From NCBI GenBank assembly GCA_963821525.1, contig CAWGED010000019.1, positions 192,001 to 256,000 on the forward strand: a DNA stretch of 64,000 nucleotides. The letters run 5' to 3'. The position numbers and the translations under genes are program-made. How positions within the stretch are numbered: the stretch's first letter is position 1; each line of letters starts with the position of its first letter. Shown piece by piece: positions 32,343-41,701 of the stretch. Under the pieces are notes generated by a model. It worked only from the letters and a program-made list of their open reading frames with translations, had not been told where the DNA came from and did not search any database. The DNA comes from an uncultured Gemmatimonadales bacterium (lineage in GTDB: Bacteria > Gemmatimonadota > Gemmatimonadetes > Gemmatimonadales > GWC2-71-9).

Positions 32343-33254
32343 ATGACTTCCTCAAGCGGAGGCCTCTACCTCGCGGTGACAGGCGCGAGCGGCCTGATCG
32401 GCTCGGCGCTGGTGCCCTCCCTCGAGGCGGCGGGGCATCGCACGTTGCGGGTGACGCGGAGACCGGCCGGTCCGGGGCAGACCCGATGGGACCCGGAAAG
32501 CCAGACTATCGACGCGGCCGCGTTCGAGGGAATCGACGGGGCCATTCACCTCGCGGGAGAGAACATCGCGGAACGGTGGACCGAAGGACACAAGCGGGCG
32601 ATCCTCGAAAGCCGGCGACAAGGCACCCAGCTCCTCGCCGGAACGATGGCGAAGCTCAATCCGAAGCCACGGTTCCTGATCCAGGCCTCCGCGGTCGGAA
32701 TCTATGGCAATCGAGGGAGCGAACCGCTGACGGAGCGGAGTGCGCCCGGCCAGGGCTTCGCCCCGGAGGTAGCGGAAATCTGGGAGGCCTCATCCGGAGC
32801 GGCGGAGGCGGCGGGGATTCGGGTCGCGAAGCTGCGTTTCGGCCTCGTGCTGACTTCGGCCGGCGGTGTCCTGGGCAAGATGTTGCCTCCGTTCAAGCTC
32901 GGACTGGGCGGCAAGCTGGGCGATGGGAAGCAGTACATGAGCTGGATCTCACTCGTGGACCTCATCGACGTGGTGCACCGCGTGATTGGTGGGCAGGAGC
33001 TGAGCGGTCCCATCAACGTCACCTCGCCGAACCCGGTAACCAACGAGGAGTTTACTCACACCCTGGGACGGGTGCTGGAGCGACCGACCTCCTTCGCGGT
33101 TCCGGGAATGGTGTTACACGCGATGTTCGGTCAGATGGCTGAGGAAGTCCTGCTGGGAGGTGCGCGGGTGCTGCCTGAGAAACTGCAGCAGATCGGGTTT
33201 CCCTTTCGCTACCCCGAGCTGGAGCCGGCGATGCGCGTCGCGCTCCAGCAGTAA
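32343..33254 (+). CDS. TIGR01777-type NAD-dependent epimerase family protein (YfcH-like)
   Basis: VTGASGLIG, HLAGENIA, ASAVGIYG, LGGKLGDGKQYMSWI. Confidence 0.92.
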   Translation: MTSSSGGLYLAVTGASGLIGSALVPSLEAAGHRTLRVTRRPAGPGQTRWDPESQTIDAAAFEGIDGAIHLAGENIAERWTEGHKRAILESRRQGTQLLAGTMAKLNPKPRFLIQASAVGIYGNRGSEPLTERSAPGQGFAPEVAEIWEASSGAAEAAGIRVAKLRFGLVLTSAGGVLGKMLPPFKLGLGGKLGDGKQYMSWISLVDLIDVVHRVIGGQELSGPINVTSPNPVTNEEFTHTLGRVLERPTSFAVPGMVLHAMFGQMAEEVLLGGARVLPEKLQQIGFPFRYPELEPAMRVALQQ

Positions 33255-33266
33255 CCGCCGGGTGCC

Positions 33267-34007
33267 GTGGTGACTAAACGCCGCGCCATCGTCCTCCTCT
33301 CCGGCGGACTCGATTCGGCGACCGTGCTCGCCATCGCCAAGGCCGAGGGCTATGACGTCATGGCCTTGAGCTTTCGATACGGCCAACGTCACGCCGTTGA
33401 GTTGAAAGCGGCTCGTGCGGTCGCCCATGCCGCCGGAGTGGCACGGCACCTGGAAGTCGACTTGGACCTCCGTGCGATGGGCGGCTCCGCCCTCACGGCA
33501 GATATCCCGGTTCCAAGAAACCGTTCGATGGACGAGCAGAGCAGCGAGATCCCGGTGACCTACGTGCCGGCCCGCAATACAATCTTCCTGGCCTACGCGC
33601 TCGGCTTCGCCGAGGTAGAAGGAGCGGCGGATCTCTTCCTGGGAGTGAACGCGCTGGACTACAGCGGATACCCAGACTGCCGGCCGGAATACGTCGCCGC
33701 GTTCGAGCGCCTCGCCAATCTCGCGACCAAAGCGGGAGTCGAAGGAACGGCGAAGTTTCGCATCCACACGCCGCTCATTGACCTGTCGAAACGAGAAATC
33801 ATCGCGCGAGGCCTGGCGTTGGGCGTGGATTACAGTCTCACCCACAGCTGCTACGACCCGAGTCCCCATGGAGAGGCCTGTGGCGAGTGCGACTCTTGTC
33901 AGTTAAGGCTCAAAGGGTTCAGGGAGAATGGCATCGAAGACCCAGCATCGTATGTCAGGACCAAAGCGGGAACAGGGAACAGGGAACAGGGAACGGGAAA
34001 TGAGTGA
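33267..34007 (+). CDS. queC: 7-cyano-7-deazaguanine synthase
   Basis: [25 protein letters not shown] and SCY...CGECDSC. Confidence 0.96.
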   Translation: MVTKRRAIVLLSGGLDSATVLAIAKAEGYDVMALSFRYGQRHAVELKAARAVAHAAGVARHLEVDLDLRAMGGSALTADIPVPRNRSMDEQSSEIPVTYVPARNTIFLAYALGFAEVEGAADLFLGVNALDYSGYPDCRPEYVAAFERLANLATKAGVEGTAKFRIHTPLIDLSKREIIARGLALGVDYSLTHSCYDPSPHGEACGECDSCQLRLKGFRENGIEDPASYVRTKAGTGNREQGTGNE

Positions 34008-34113
34008 GGATCTCAATTCGGAAGAAGCACCTCATCCTGAGGAGCGAAGCGACGAAGGATCTTGTCTCCGGCCGCTGTTCCGGTTCCCTGTTCCCCGTTC
34101 CCGGTTCCCGCTT
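33964..34113. repeat. Inverted GGGAACA arrays enclosing a REP-like palindrome
   Basis: (GGGAACA)x3-GGGAACG left, NGTTCCC-type units x5 right; ends AAGCGGGAAC / GTTCCCGCTT; core TCATCCTGAGGAGCGAAGCGACGAAGGATCT (34032-34062). Confidence 0.8.
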
Positions 34114-34120
34114 CTTGGCT

Positions 34121-34762
34121 ATGAGCTACTCGGTCAAAGAGATCTACTACACTCTCCAGGGCGAAGGGATGAACGCCGGCCGGCCGGCGGTCTTCTGTCG
34201 TTTTGCGGGGTGTAACCTGTGGACCGGGCGGGAGAGTGATCGGGCGAGCGCGACTTGCAACTTCTGCGATACCGACTTTGTGGGGACGGACGGTCCGGGT
34301 GGCGGCAAGTTTGCCACGGCGGAAGAGCTGGCTCGGGCGATCGCGGAGAAGTGGCCGGCCAATTCGTCGCCGACGGCACGCAGGATGGCAGTCTGCACCG
34401 GCGGAGAGCCGCTGCTCCAGCTCGACGCGGCCGCGATAGAGGCACTCCATTCACTCGGCTTCCTGGTCGCGGTCGAGTCGAACGGCACCATCATCCCGCC
34501 GCCCGGCCTCGACTGGATCTGTGTAAGCCCCAAGGTGGGTGCCGAACTGGTGCTGCGGTCCGGCAACGAGCTCAAACTGGTGTACCCACAGGATGGGGGC
34601 GAGCCGGAGCAGTATCTCAACCTCGCCTTCGATCACTTCCTGCTGCAGCCGATGGACGGGGCCGAGCGGCAGCGGAATACCGAGCTGGCGCTGGAGTACT
34701 GTCTGCGTCACCCGGAGTGGCGGTTGAGCCTGCAGACCCATAAGATGCTGGGCATCCCCTGA
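34121..34762 (+). CDS. queE: 7-carboxy-7-deazaguanine synthase (Cx14CxxC radical SAM type)
   Basis: KEIYYTLQGEG, CNLWTGRESDRASATCNFCDTDF, TGGEPLLQ, SPK and LSLQTHK. Confidence 0.95.
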   Translation: MSYSVKEIYYTLQGEGMNAGRPAVFCRFAGCNLWTGRESDRASATCNFCDTDFVGTDGPGGGKFATAEELARAIAEKWPANSSPTARRMAVCTGGEPLLQLDAAAIEALHSLGFLVAVESNGTIIPPPGLDWICVSPKVGAELVLRSGNELKLVYPQDGGEPEQYLNLAFDHFLLQPMDGAERQRNTELALEYCLRHPEWRLSLQTHKMLGIP

Positions 34763-34765
34763 CCC

Positions 34766-35386
34766 ATGTCCACCAGCCACGGTTATTCCGACCGGATCAG
34801 CCACGCCTTCGCCTTCGCGGCGAAGCATCTCCCGCCCCGAGCGCGGCGGGGCAGCGGGGGGCTCCACCTGACCCAGCCGGCCAACGTCGCGGTGATCCTC
34901 GCCCGATACGGCTGCGACGAGATCACGATCATCTCGGGGATCCTGAGCCACCTGGTCAACGAGGCCTCCTACGGGAGCCGAACCCAACTGTCCAACAAGA
35001 TCGCCGAGAAGTTCGGCGCGATGGTCTCCCAGGTGATCGGCGATGTGGCGGAACCGCGATACGATTCGCGGGGACGGGAGCGGAATTGGGAAGTCTGCCG
35101 GATGGACTATCTCGCCAACCTCTCGGCGGCGGGACCCCGCTCCCTCGACATCTGCGCCGCCAACCAGATTCACCTCTGTGGCTCAACCCTCACCGACATC
35201 CGGCGACTGGGCATCGAATATCTCTCGACCTATGCGGAAGCGCCGGCGGAACAGACGCTCTGGTGGTATGGCAGCGTCATCACCGCACTCGAGGCAGTGC
35301 CCAGCGGACCGAGGACCGGGATGCTCCTCGAACTGAAGGGCCTGATTGAGCTCCTGGCCCAGGAATTGGAACAGCAGGGGAGCTGA
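34766..35386 (+). CDS. RelA/SpoT-type HD-domain homologue with degenerate metal motif
   Basis: DRISHAFAFAAKH, QPANVAVILARYGCDE, IAEKFGAMVSQVI; LSHLVNE where LHDVVED is expected. Confidence 0.7.
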   Translation: MSTSHGYSDRISHAFAFAAKHLPPRARRGSGGLHLTQPANVAVILARYGCDEITIISGILSHLVNEASYGSRTQLSNKIAEKFGAMVSQVIGDVAEPRYDSRGRERNWEVCRMDYLANLSAAGPRSLDICAANQIHLCGSTLTDIRRLGIEYLSTYAEAPAEQTLWWYGSVITALEAVPSGPRTGMLLELKGLIELLAQELEQQGS

Positions 35387-35444
35387 CTCGACCACTCCCT
35401 GCCGCCTCCCTCCCCAGTAGACTATCGCTATATTGCACTTACAG

Positions 35445-36788
35445 ATGGACAATTCCCCCACGCTGCCGGCCCTCGCCACGCTGCCCAGTGCCTTCGCTGC
35501 TGCGTGTCGCCATTCCCGTACCGACAGTGAGTTGTTCGAGCGCTGTCGCGAAGCGTTGGTCCGGCGATTCAACAGCGACCGCATCTGGCTCTCCGTAAAC
35601 GCCCCCAATGGTGTCCGACCGGTCGTAGCCGCTACTCCCGAGTGGGTAGCGAGCGCCAAGGAAGTCACCCGGCTCTCCAGCGGACAGACCGAGGTAATAG
35701 TCCACGCCGATCCCGAGCCGGCGAGGCAGATGGCCAGTGCGGCCGTCCCAATCGCCCTTGGCCTCGCGGTCATGGTAGAGCTGCATTCGGTATTGCGGGA
35801 GCGGCAAGAAGCGCTCGAGGATGCGGCATTCCAGCTTCGGGCCCTTCGGCAGGTGGCCCGGCTGCTCTCTTCGGTGCACTCGTCGGAAGAAACCGAGAAT
35901 CTGATTCTCGATTTCATGACCGAAGTGTTCTTCGCATGGTGGGCGTGCCTGTACCGCCCGCAGGCCGATGCCTACATCCCGAAGGTCTTCCGGTCCCTGA
36001 AGGGACCGATGGCGCTCACGCCGATCGATCTGGCGGCACTCGACAAGGAGCTGCCGAGCGGGACGCCAGCGCTGAGCACCGCCGATGCCGCGCTGGCGCG
36101 CCTGCTACCTCCCGATACCCAGCTGGTGGTCACGCTGGATGCTGGCGTCGAACGGCTGGCGGTTCTCGCGCTGGGGCCGCGGCTGCAGGAGCAGGGCTAT
36201 GGCGCACCGGAATACGAATTGGCCGGCACCCTCGCCTTCGCGGCGGCGATCGCGCTGAAGAACGCTCACCTCGTGGAGCAGTTGCAGAGCGCCGCGACCA
36301 CCGATCCGCTGACTTCACTCGGCAACCGGCGTGCGATGGAAGAGCGGCTGGATGCCGAACTGTCGCGCGGCCGCAGGCACTCGCTGCATACCAGCGTCGT
36401 CCTGGTTGACGTAGACCGGTTCAAGCTGGTCAACGACACCCTGGGGCACGCCGCCGGAGACCGTCTGCTGGTCTTGATCGGCCAGATTCTCCAGCACCAG
36501 TGCCGGACGCTCGATGCCGTGGGACGCATGGGAGGGGATGAATTCCTGGTCATCCTGCCCATGACCACCGCCGAGGAGGCGATGGCCTTCATCAGTCGGG
36601 TGCAGGGTAGCGTCGCGGCGCTGGAGCGGAGCCATCCCGAATTCGGCCGCCCCTCGCTCAGCATGGGCATCGCCGAGGCACCGCGGCACGGCGCGAGCCC
36701 GAGCACGCTGCTCGCCGGTGCGGACTCGGCACTGTACCGGGCCAAGCGGGGTGGCCGCAATGCGGTCGAAGTCGCCGAGGATATGTAG
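35445..36788 (+). CDS. GAF-like sensor diguanylate cyclase
   Basis: TDPLTSLGNRR, DVDRFKLVNDTLGH, RTLD I-site and GGDEF. Confidence 0.92.
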   Translation: MDNSPTLPALATLPSAFAAACRHSRTDSELFERCREALVRRFNSDRIWLSVNAPNGVRPVVAATPEWVASAKEVTRLSSGQTEVIVHADPEPARQMASAAVPIALGLAVMVELHSVLRERQEALEDAAFQLRALRQVARLLSSVHSSEETENLILDFMTEVFFAWWACLYRPQADAYIPKVFRSLKGPMALTPIDLAALDKELPSGTPALSTADAALARLLPPDTQLVVTLDAGVERLAVLALGPRLQEQGYGAPEYELAGTLAFAAAIALKNAHLVEQLQSAATTDPLTSLGNRRAMEERLDAELSRGRRHSLHTSVVLVDVDRFKLVNDTLGHAAGDRLLVLIGQILQHQCRTLDAVGRMGGDEFLVILPMTTAEEAMAFISRVQGSVAALERSHPEFGRPSLSMGIAEAPRHGASPSTLLAGADSALYRAKRGGRNAVEVAEDM

Positions 36789-37340
36789 ATGGCGGATCCC
36801 GAGTTCATCCTCCTGGGCGACGCGCTCTGGCTGGACTTCGCGAACACCGCTCCGTTCCTTCCGCATCGCCACGATCACCTTCCCGACCATGCGGCGTACG
36901 TCCGCTGGAACCGAGCGCTCAAGTTGAGCGCCGAGAGCGATGTCGCCATCGACCGGGTGCGGCGGCTGCGAGATCAGTTGCTGGAGATGGCCCAGTGCCT
37001 CGATGCCGGCCGAACTCCATCGTCGGCGCTGACCCAGGCGATCAACGGTGTGCTCGGCGGACTGGAGGGAACCGAGCAGTTGATCCGGGTGGGCGGAGCC
37101 TGGCGCCTTCGATTTCAGACGATGCGACCCCCTACGCCGGTCGAGGCGATTGCCGCCTCGGCCGCGGCTACGCTGGCCAACCCACTGGCCTACGTGCGCC
37201 GGTGCGCTGGCATTGATTGCGGTCTGTACTTCACCGACCTCACTCCCCAACAGAGCCGTCGTTGGTGCAGCCCGGGGCGTTGCGGCCACCGCGGGCGAGT
37301 TGAACGACGCCGGGTGAGTCGCGCGACCCCGCTGCTATGA
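36789..37340 (+). CDS. ABATE / CGNR zinc-finger protein
   Basis: LWLDFANT; RRCAGIDCGLYFTD...RRWCSPGRCGHR. Confidence 0.88.
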   Translation: MADPEFILLGDALWLDFANTAPFLPHRHDHLPDHAAYVRWNRALKLSAESDVAIDRVRRLRDQLLEMAQCLDAGRTPSSALTQAINGVLGGLEGTEQLIRVGGAWRLRFQTMRPPTPVEAIAASAAATLANPLAYVRRCAGIDCGLYFTDLTPQQSRRWCSPGRCGHRGRVERRRVSRATPLL

Positions 37341-37362
37341 CCCTCGTGCGGCAGGCCGCCGC

Positions 37363-39120
37363 ATGACCACTCCGACGCCTTTCAATTATTTCCAGCGGAC
37401 CGAGGCGGCCCTCGGCCACCGGTATCGGCTCGAGAACATGGTGGCGTCCTCGCGGGAGCGAGTGCTGTTCATCGCCCACGACAAGACGCTCAATCGCCGG
37501 GTCAGTCTCCGGGTCAACTTCTACCCGGATGACAAGATCCGCGCCTGGTTCCTGAGAGAGGCCGAGGCGTTGGCTCAGCTGGATCACCCAGCGCTGCGGC
37601 ACGTCTATGACGCGGGGGTGGTCGGAGAACTCGCCTACCGGGTCGGCAACTGGATCGAAGGCGAAAGCCTGCAGGAGGCGGTGCAGCGCGGGCCGCGTCC
37701 CTTCCCCACCGTCCACACGCTGGCGCGGGACATCCTCACCGGACTCGAGCACGCGCACGCCCATGGCATCATCGCCCGCCGGGTAGTGCCGGCCTCGCTG
37801 CTCTTGAACCTGGCGGGACGCGGTACGGTCACCGACCTCCGGTACTGCAACTGGACCCTCCCCGTCATCCCACCGGGAGAGGAGCCGTCGGGAAAGCCGT
37901 TCATGGCGCCTGAAATCCGGGGTGGCGCCGCGGGCGACCCGACGAGCGACATCTACACCGCCGGCACCATCCTCTACTTCGCCGTCACCGGTCACGAGCC
38001 GCCGCTCGACCCGCTGACCCTGAAAGCACCCTCAGAACTTCGCCCCAACTGCCCCCGCACCATCGAACGGATCCTGCTCCGGTCCCTGCGCCCGTCTCCG
38101 GACGACCGGTACCTGACTGCGGCCGAGATGCTCGAGGACTTCGCTTCGGATGCGGGGACATTCGACAATCCCGCGGCCGCCCCGGGGCCTCGCCTCGGAG
38201 TTACCGAAAGCGAAGATGGCCGGCATTGGGAGAAGCGGCTCCGTCGCGCGTTGGGGGACGACTACGAGTTGCTGAGCTCGCTGGGCACCGGAGGATACGG
38301 CCGGGTCTACCGGGTCCGGGACCTCCATCTGGAGCGGGAAGTCGCCCTCAAGGTCCTGCATCCCCACTTCACCCGGGAACCGGCGGTGGTCGAGCGATTC
38401 CGGCGGGAGGCGCAGCTCGCGGCGAGGCTCAACCACCCCAACATTGTCAATATTTATGACATCGGAGGAAGAGCCGGCTTGATTTGGTACACCATGGCGT
38501 TCGTCCGCGGACCGAACGTCGCCCAGGTGGTGGAGCGCGACGGGCCGTTGCCGGTGGATCGGATCGTAAGGTTACTCAAGGAAGCGCTCTCCGCCTTGGC
38601 CCAGGCCCATAGCGCCGGGTTAGTGCACCGAGACATCAAACCTGAGAACATGCTCACCGAGCCGGACGGAAGCCTTCGCATCACAGACTTCGGCCTGGCG
38701 CTCGCGCTGCGCGGCCAGGGAAAATTCGGCGGCGCGACGAGCCAATCAGGAACCCCGATGTTTGCGAGTCCGGAACAGCTTCTGGGAGAACGAGTTGACC
38801 AACGCTCCGATCTCTACAGCCTGGCGGCAGTCGCTTGTTTTGCGCTGCTCGGACGGCCGCCTTTCTCGGGGTCGACCGTGGAACAGGTGCTGGGTCGGCA
38901 GACCACGAACCAGCTTCCGCCGCTTCGTGAAGAACGTCCCGATTTGAGCGAAGACCTGGAGCGAGTACTTGCTCGCGCGCTCCATGCAGAGGTTGAACAG
39001 CGGTTTCCATCGGCGGCTGAATTCTTACAGGCAGTCAATCGCGCGACTGGTAGCGGGCTTCGAAGACGCAGCGGTGAATGGGCCAAAACAGCACTCAAAT
39101 GGTGGAAACCGACCCCTTGA
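37363..39120 (+). CDS. Tandem pseudokinase plus Ser/Thr protein kinase
   Basis: C-domain LGTGGYG, VALK, HRDIKPEN, DFG, SPE; N-domain kinase-like but with VSLR, ARRVVPAS, DLR, APE. Confidence 0.9.
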   Translation: MTTPTPFNYFQRTEAALGHRYRLENMVASSRERVLFIAHDKTLNRRVSLRVNFYPDDKIRAWFLREAEALAQLDHPALRHVYDAGVVGELAYRVGNWIEGESLQEAVQRGPRPFPTVHTLARDILTGLEHAHAHGIIARRVVPASLLLNLAGRGTVTDLRYCNWTLPVIPPGEEPSGKPFMAPEIRGGAAGDPTSDIYTAGTILYFAVTGHEPPLDPLTLKAPSELRPNCPRTIERILLRSLRPSPDDRYLTAAEMLEDFASDAGTFDNPAAAPGPRLGVTESEDGRHWEKRLRRALGDDYELLSSLGTGGYGRVYRVRDLHLEREVALKVLHPHFTREPAVVERFRREAQLAARLNHPNIVNIYDIGGRAGLIWYTMAFVRGPNVAQVVERDGPLPVDRIVRLLKEALSALAQAHSAGLVHRDIKPENMLTEPDGSLRITDFGLALALRGQGKFGGATSQSGTPMFASPEQLLGERVDQRSDLYSLAAVACFALLGRPPFSGSTVEQVLGRQTTNQLPPLREERPDLSEDLERVLARALHAEVEQRFPSAAEFLQAVNRATGSGLRRRSGEWAKTALKWWKPTP

Positions 39121-39214
39121 CTACAGTGGTCAACTGCCCATTTTTATGTCGGCTTAAGTGGCCAACTAATTGGCCGGGTAGACGACCAGCAGGATCCCCT
39201 TCTGGCTCAACGAG

Positions 39215-39245
39215 AGACCCGGGTACGATGCCCGGGTCTTTTTTC
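39215..39245 (+). terminator. Intrinsic terminator-like hairpin between kinase and csp
   Basis: AGACCCGGGTA-CGA-TGCCCGGGTCT followed by a T-run. Confidence 0.75.
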
Positions 39246-39347
39246 TAACTGGTGAGGCGGGATTGGCCCGCTCTCACTCAGCGGTCGGCCGGTGTGGGTG
39301 CTTCACCAACACCCCGACGATTTCCACCCCAGCAGGAGTTTGGCAGC

Positions 39348-39563
39348 ATGGCACGCACCACCGGCACTGTGAAGTGGTTCAACGACGCGAAGGGCTATGG
39401 CTTCATCACGCCCGAGAACGGAAGCAAGGATTGCTTCGTGCACCACACCGCCATCAAGGCCGACGGCTTCCGCAGCCTGGCCGAGGGCGATCGCGTCGAG
39501 TTCGACATCGTGGAAGGCCAGAAGGGGCCGGCCGCCGAGAACGTCATGAAAGTGGGTAAGTAA
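39348..39563 (+). CDS. cspA: Cold-shock protein
   Basis: [23 protein letters not shown] and [18 protein letters not shown]; symbol denotes the family. Confidence 0.95.
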   Translation: MARTTGTVKWFNDAKGYGFITPENGSKDCFVHHTAIKADGFRSLAEGDRVEFDIVEGQKGPAAENVMKVGK

Positions 39564-39594
39564 GCCCAACGAGCAGCGCAGCTTTGCGGGCAAC

Positions 39595-39631
39595 GGGGGC
39601 AGGGTCGCGCGTCAGGGCGTCCCCTGCCCTC
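39595..39631. terminator. Hairpin between convergent csp and infA
   Basis: GGGGGCAGGG...CCCTGCCCTC. Confidence 0.55.
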
Positions 39632-39633
39632 GT

Positions 39634-39852
39634 CTATTTGTGGCGGTAGATGACCCGGCCGCGGGTGAGGTCGTACGGGCTGAGCACCACCGTGACCCGG
39701 TCTCCCTCAAGCACCCGGATCTTGAACTTGCTCATCTTGCCCGCCGCGTACGCCAGGATGGAGTGCCCGTTCTCGAGGAGCACCCGGTAGTTACGGTCGG
39801 GGAGCACCTCGCTCACGACGCCTTCCATCTCGATTCCCTCTTCCTTGGCCAT
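39634..39852 (-). CDS. infA: Translation initiation factor IF-1
   Basis: [18 protein letters not shown]...GKM...[21 protein letters not shown], 72 aa. Confidence 0.96.
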   Translation of the reverse strand: MAKEEGIEMEGVVSEVLPDRNYRVLLENGHSILAYAAGKMSKFKIRVLEGDRVTVVLSPYDLTRGRVIYRHK

Positions 39853-39927
39853 CCAGTTCGCTCCCTGTAGGTGGGGTTTCCGGGTGAGGAATCTCGCCTC
39901 CGGCTGTTCCGGAGGCAACCTGCAGGA

Positions 39928-41649
39928 CTACACGCCCGTAGTCCCCTGCCCCAACCGCTCCAGCTCCGATTCGACCAGCTTCGCCAGCTCCTCGATCACC
40001 CCGACATCGAAGGTGAATTTCGCTCCGGCCGCCTGATACAGCTCGGGCAGCGATCGGGTTGCGCCAAGCGCCAGGGCCGAGCGGTATTGGCGCACCGCTT
40101 CAGCGGAATTCTGCATGCTGTTCCGCCAGACCTGGAGCGCTCCGATCTGGGCCAGGCCGTATTCGATGTAGTAGAAGGGGTGGAGAAAGATGTGGAGCTG
40201 GCGGTACCAGCGGGCCACTCGTTCCTGTTCGAGGCCCGACCAGTCCACCCCCCGCTCGAAGCGGCTGCGGATCCGGAGCCACGCGGCGTCTCTCGCGTCC
40301 CGGTCCCCGCCCTCACCGCTGGTGTAGAGCCAACTCTGAAACGCATCCACCGACGCGACGTGCGAGAGCGTCAGCAGCACGTCTTCCAGGTGCTCAATCC
40401 GGGCGCGCCGGAAGTCTTCGGCATCGAAGAATCCCCCGTCCTGCCGATCCAGGTAGGGCGAGGCGAGCAACTCCATCGACATCGACGCCAGCTCGCACAT
40501 CTCGAGGCCGGGGTGGCGCAGCCAGATGAGCGGCTGGCGCCGTGCGGCAAAGGCGTGGAACGCGTGTCCGCCTTCGTGCAGCAGGGTCGATACGTCCTCG
40601 AGGACGCCAACCGCGTTCATGAAAATGAACGGCCGCCCGCGATAGTGAAGCGTCTCACAGTAGCCGCCTGGCGCCTTGCCTTTGCGGGAGTCGAGATCCA
40701 GCAGCTGTTCCGCCATCATGGTCCTGAACTCGGCGCCGCAGGCCGGTGAGACGCGCTCAAAGACGTGGCTCGTGCTCTGAATGAGCTGTGCCGCTGATTC
40801 AAACGGCCGGATCGGAGGGCGGCCGTCGGGGTCGGCGCCCACATCCCAGGGGCGCAGCTTGTCGAGTCCCAGCCGCTCGGCCCGCCGGCGCATCAGGCGT
40901 TCGACCGCAGGGGCGATCACCGCCTCGACTGCCTCATGGAAACGGCGACAGTCCGCCGGGGTGTAGTCGAAGCGGCACTTGGAGCGGAAGGCGTACTCTT
41001 CAACGTTGGGGAATCCCGCATTGGCGGCGATGCGCGAACGCAGGTCGAACAGCACGTCGAAGATGTCCATCAGCTGGGTTCGCTGCTCGAAATAGGCGCC
41101 GGCACCCAGCCGGAAAGCCCGCTCCCGTACCTCACGATCGGTGCTCTGGAGGAAGGGCTGGAGTTGCGGAATGGTCTTCTCGCTCCCATTCCATTGCACC
41201 GTCAACCCACCGGTCAGCTTCTGATAGCGCGCGCCGTACTCCTCGACCTGGGTCATGAGGGGCACGTTGGCTTCGCGGAAGATTTCGATATGGGTTCGGA
41301 ACTGGGCCAGCGCCTGCTCCAGGTCGGGGTGGCTGTAGCCGCTCTCCACCAGGCGTCGGGCGAGCTCGACTCCCTGCTCATCCGCCCGCGGGATGACCAC
41401 ACCGGAGAAGCGGAGATGGCGCGCCTCCTTCACCTGATCGGTCGTGTCGGAGGTATAGGCAATCATGGCGAGACCTGCGGCCTCACTGAGCACTTCCTCC
41501 AGGCGTGACCAGTCTGCGAGCCACGGCTCCATCCCTTCTTGCGAAAGCGGGCGTATTGCCAGCTCCCTGTAGAAGGGCAGGACGTCGTCCCAGTTTGCCT
41601 CGATGAACTCGTCTGGTGTCAGACTGCTGATGGGGCGTTTCGGCGGCAT
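39928..41649 (-). CDS. M3 family oligoendopeptidase
   Basis: RKGKAPGGYC, HEGGHAFH, ELASMSME and HIFLHPFYYIEY. Confidence 0.93.
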   Translation of the reverse strand: MPPKRPISSLTPDEFIEANWDDVLPFYRELAIRPLSQEGMEPWLADWSRLEEVLSEAAGLAMIAYTSDTTDQVKEARHLRFSGVVIPRADEQGVELARRLVESGYSHPDLEQALAQFRTHIEIFREANVPLMTQVEEYGARYQKLTGGLTVQWNGSEKTIPQLQPFLQSTDREVRERAFRLGAGAYFEQRTQLMDIFDVLFDLRSRIAANAGFPNVEEYAFRSKCRFDYTPADCRRFHEAVEAVIAPAVERLMRRRAERLGLDKLRPWDVGADPDGRPPIRPFESAAQLIQSTSHVFERVSPACGAEFRTMMAEQLLDLDSRKGKAPGGYCETLHYRGRPFIFMNAVGVLEDVSTLLHEGGHAFHAFAARRQPLIWLRHPGLEMCELASMSMELLASPYLDRQDGGFFDAEDFRRARIEHLEDVLLTLSHVASVDAFQSWLYTSGEGGDRDARDAAWLRIRSRFERGVDWSGLEQERVARWYRQLHIFLHPFYYIEYGLAQIGALQVWRNSMQNSAEAVRQYRSALALGATRSLPELYQAAGAKFTFDVGVIEELAKLVESELERLGQGTTGV

Positions 41650-41701
41650 GGCCGGCTGATCTGGTCCCCTCGGCTACCGGCCGGTGAGTGTGGTTAGAGG
41701 A

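Noticed and set aside
33267..35386. Deazaguanine DNA-modification (Dpd) or QueC-based defence island
   Set aside because: QueC, QueE and QueF look like ordinary tRNA-queuosine enzymes; no dpdA, TatD or other defence genes and no compositional anomaly
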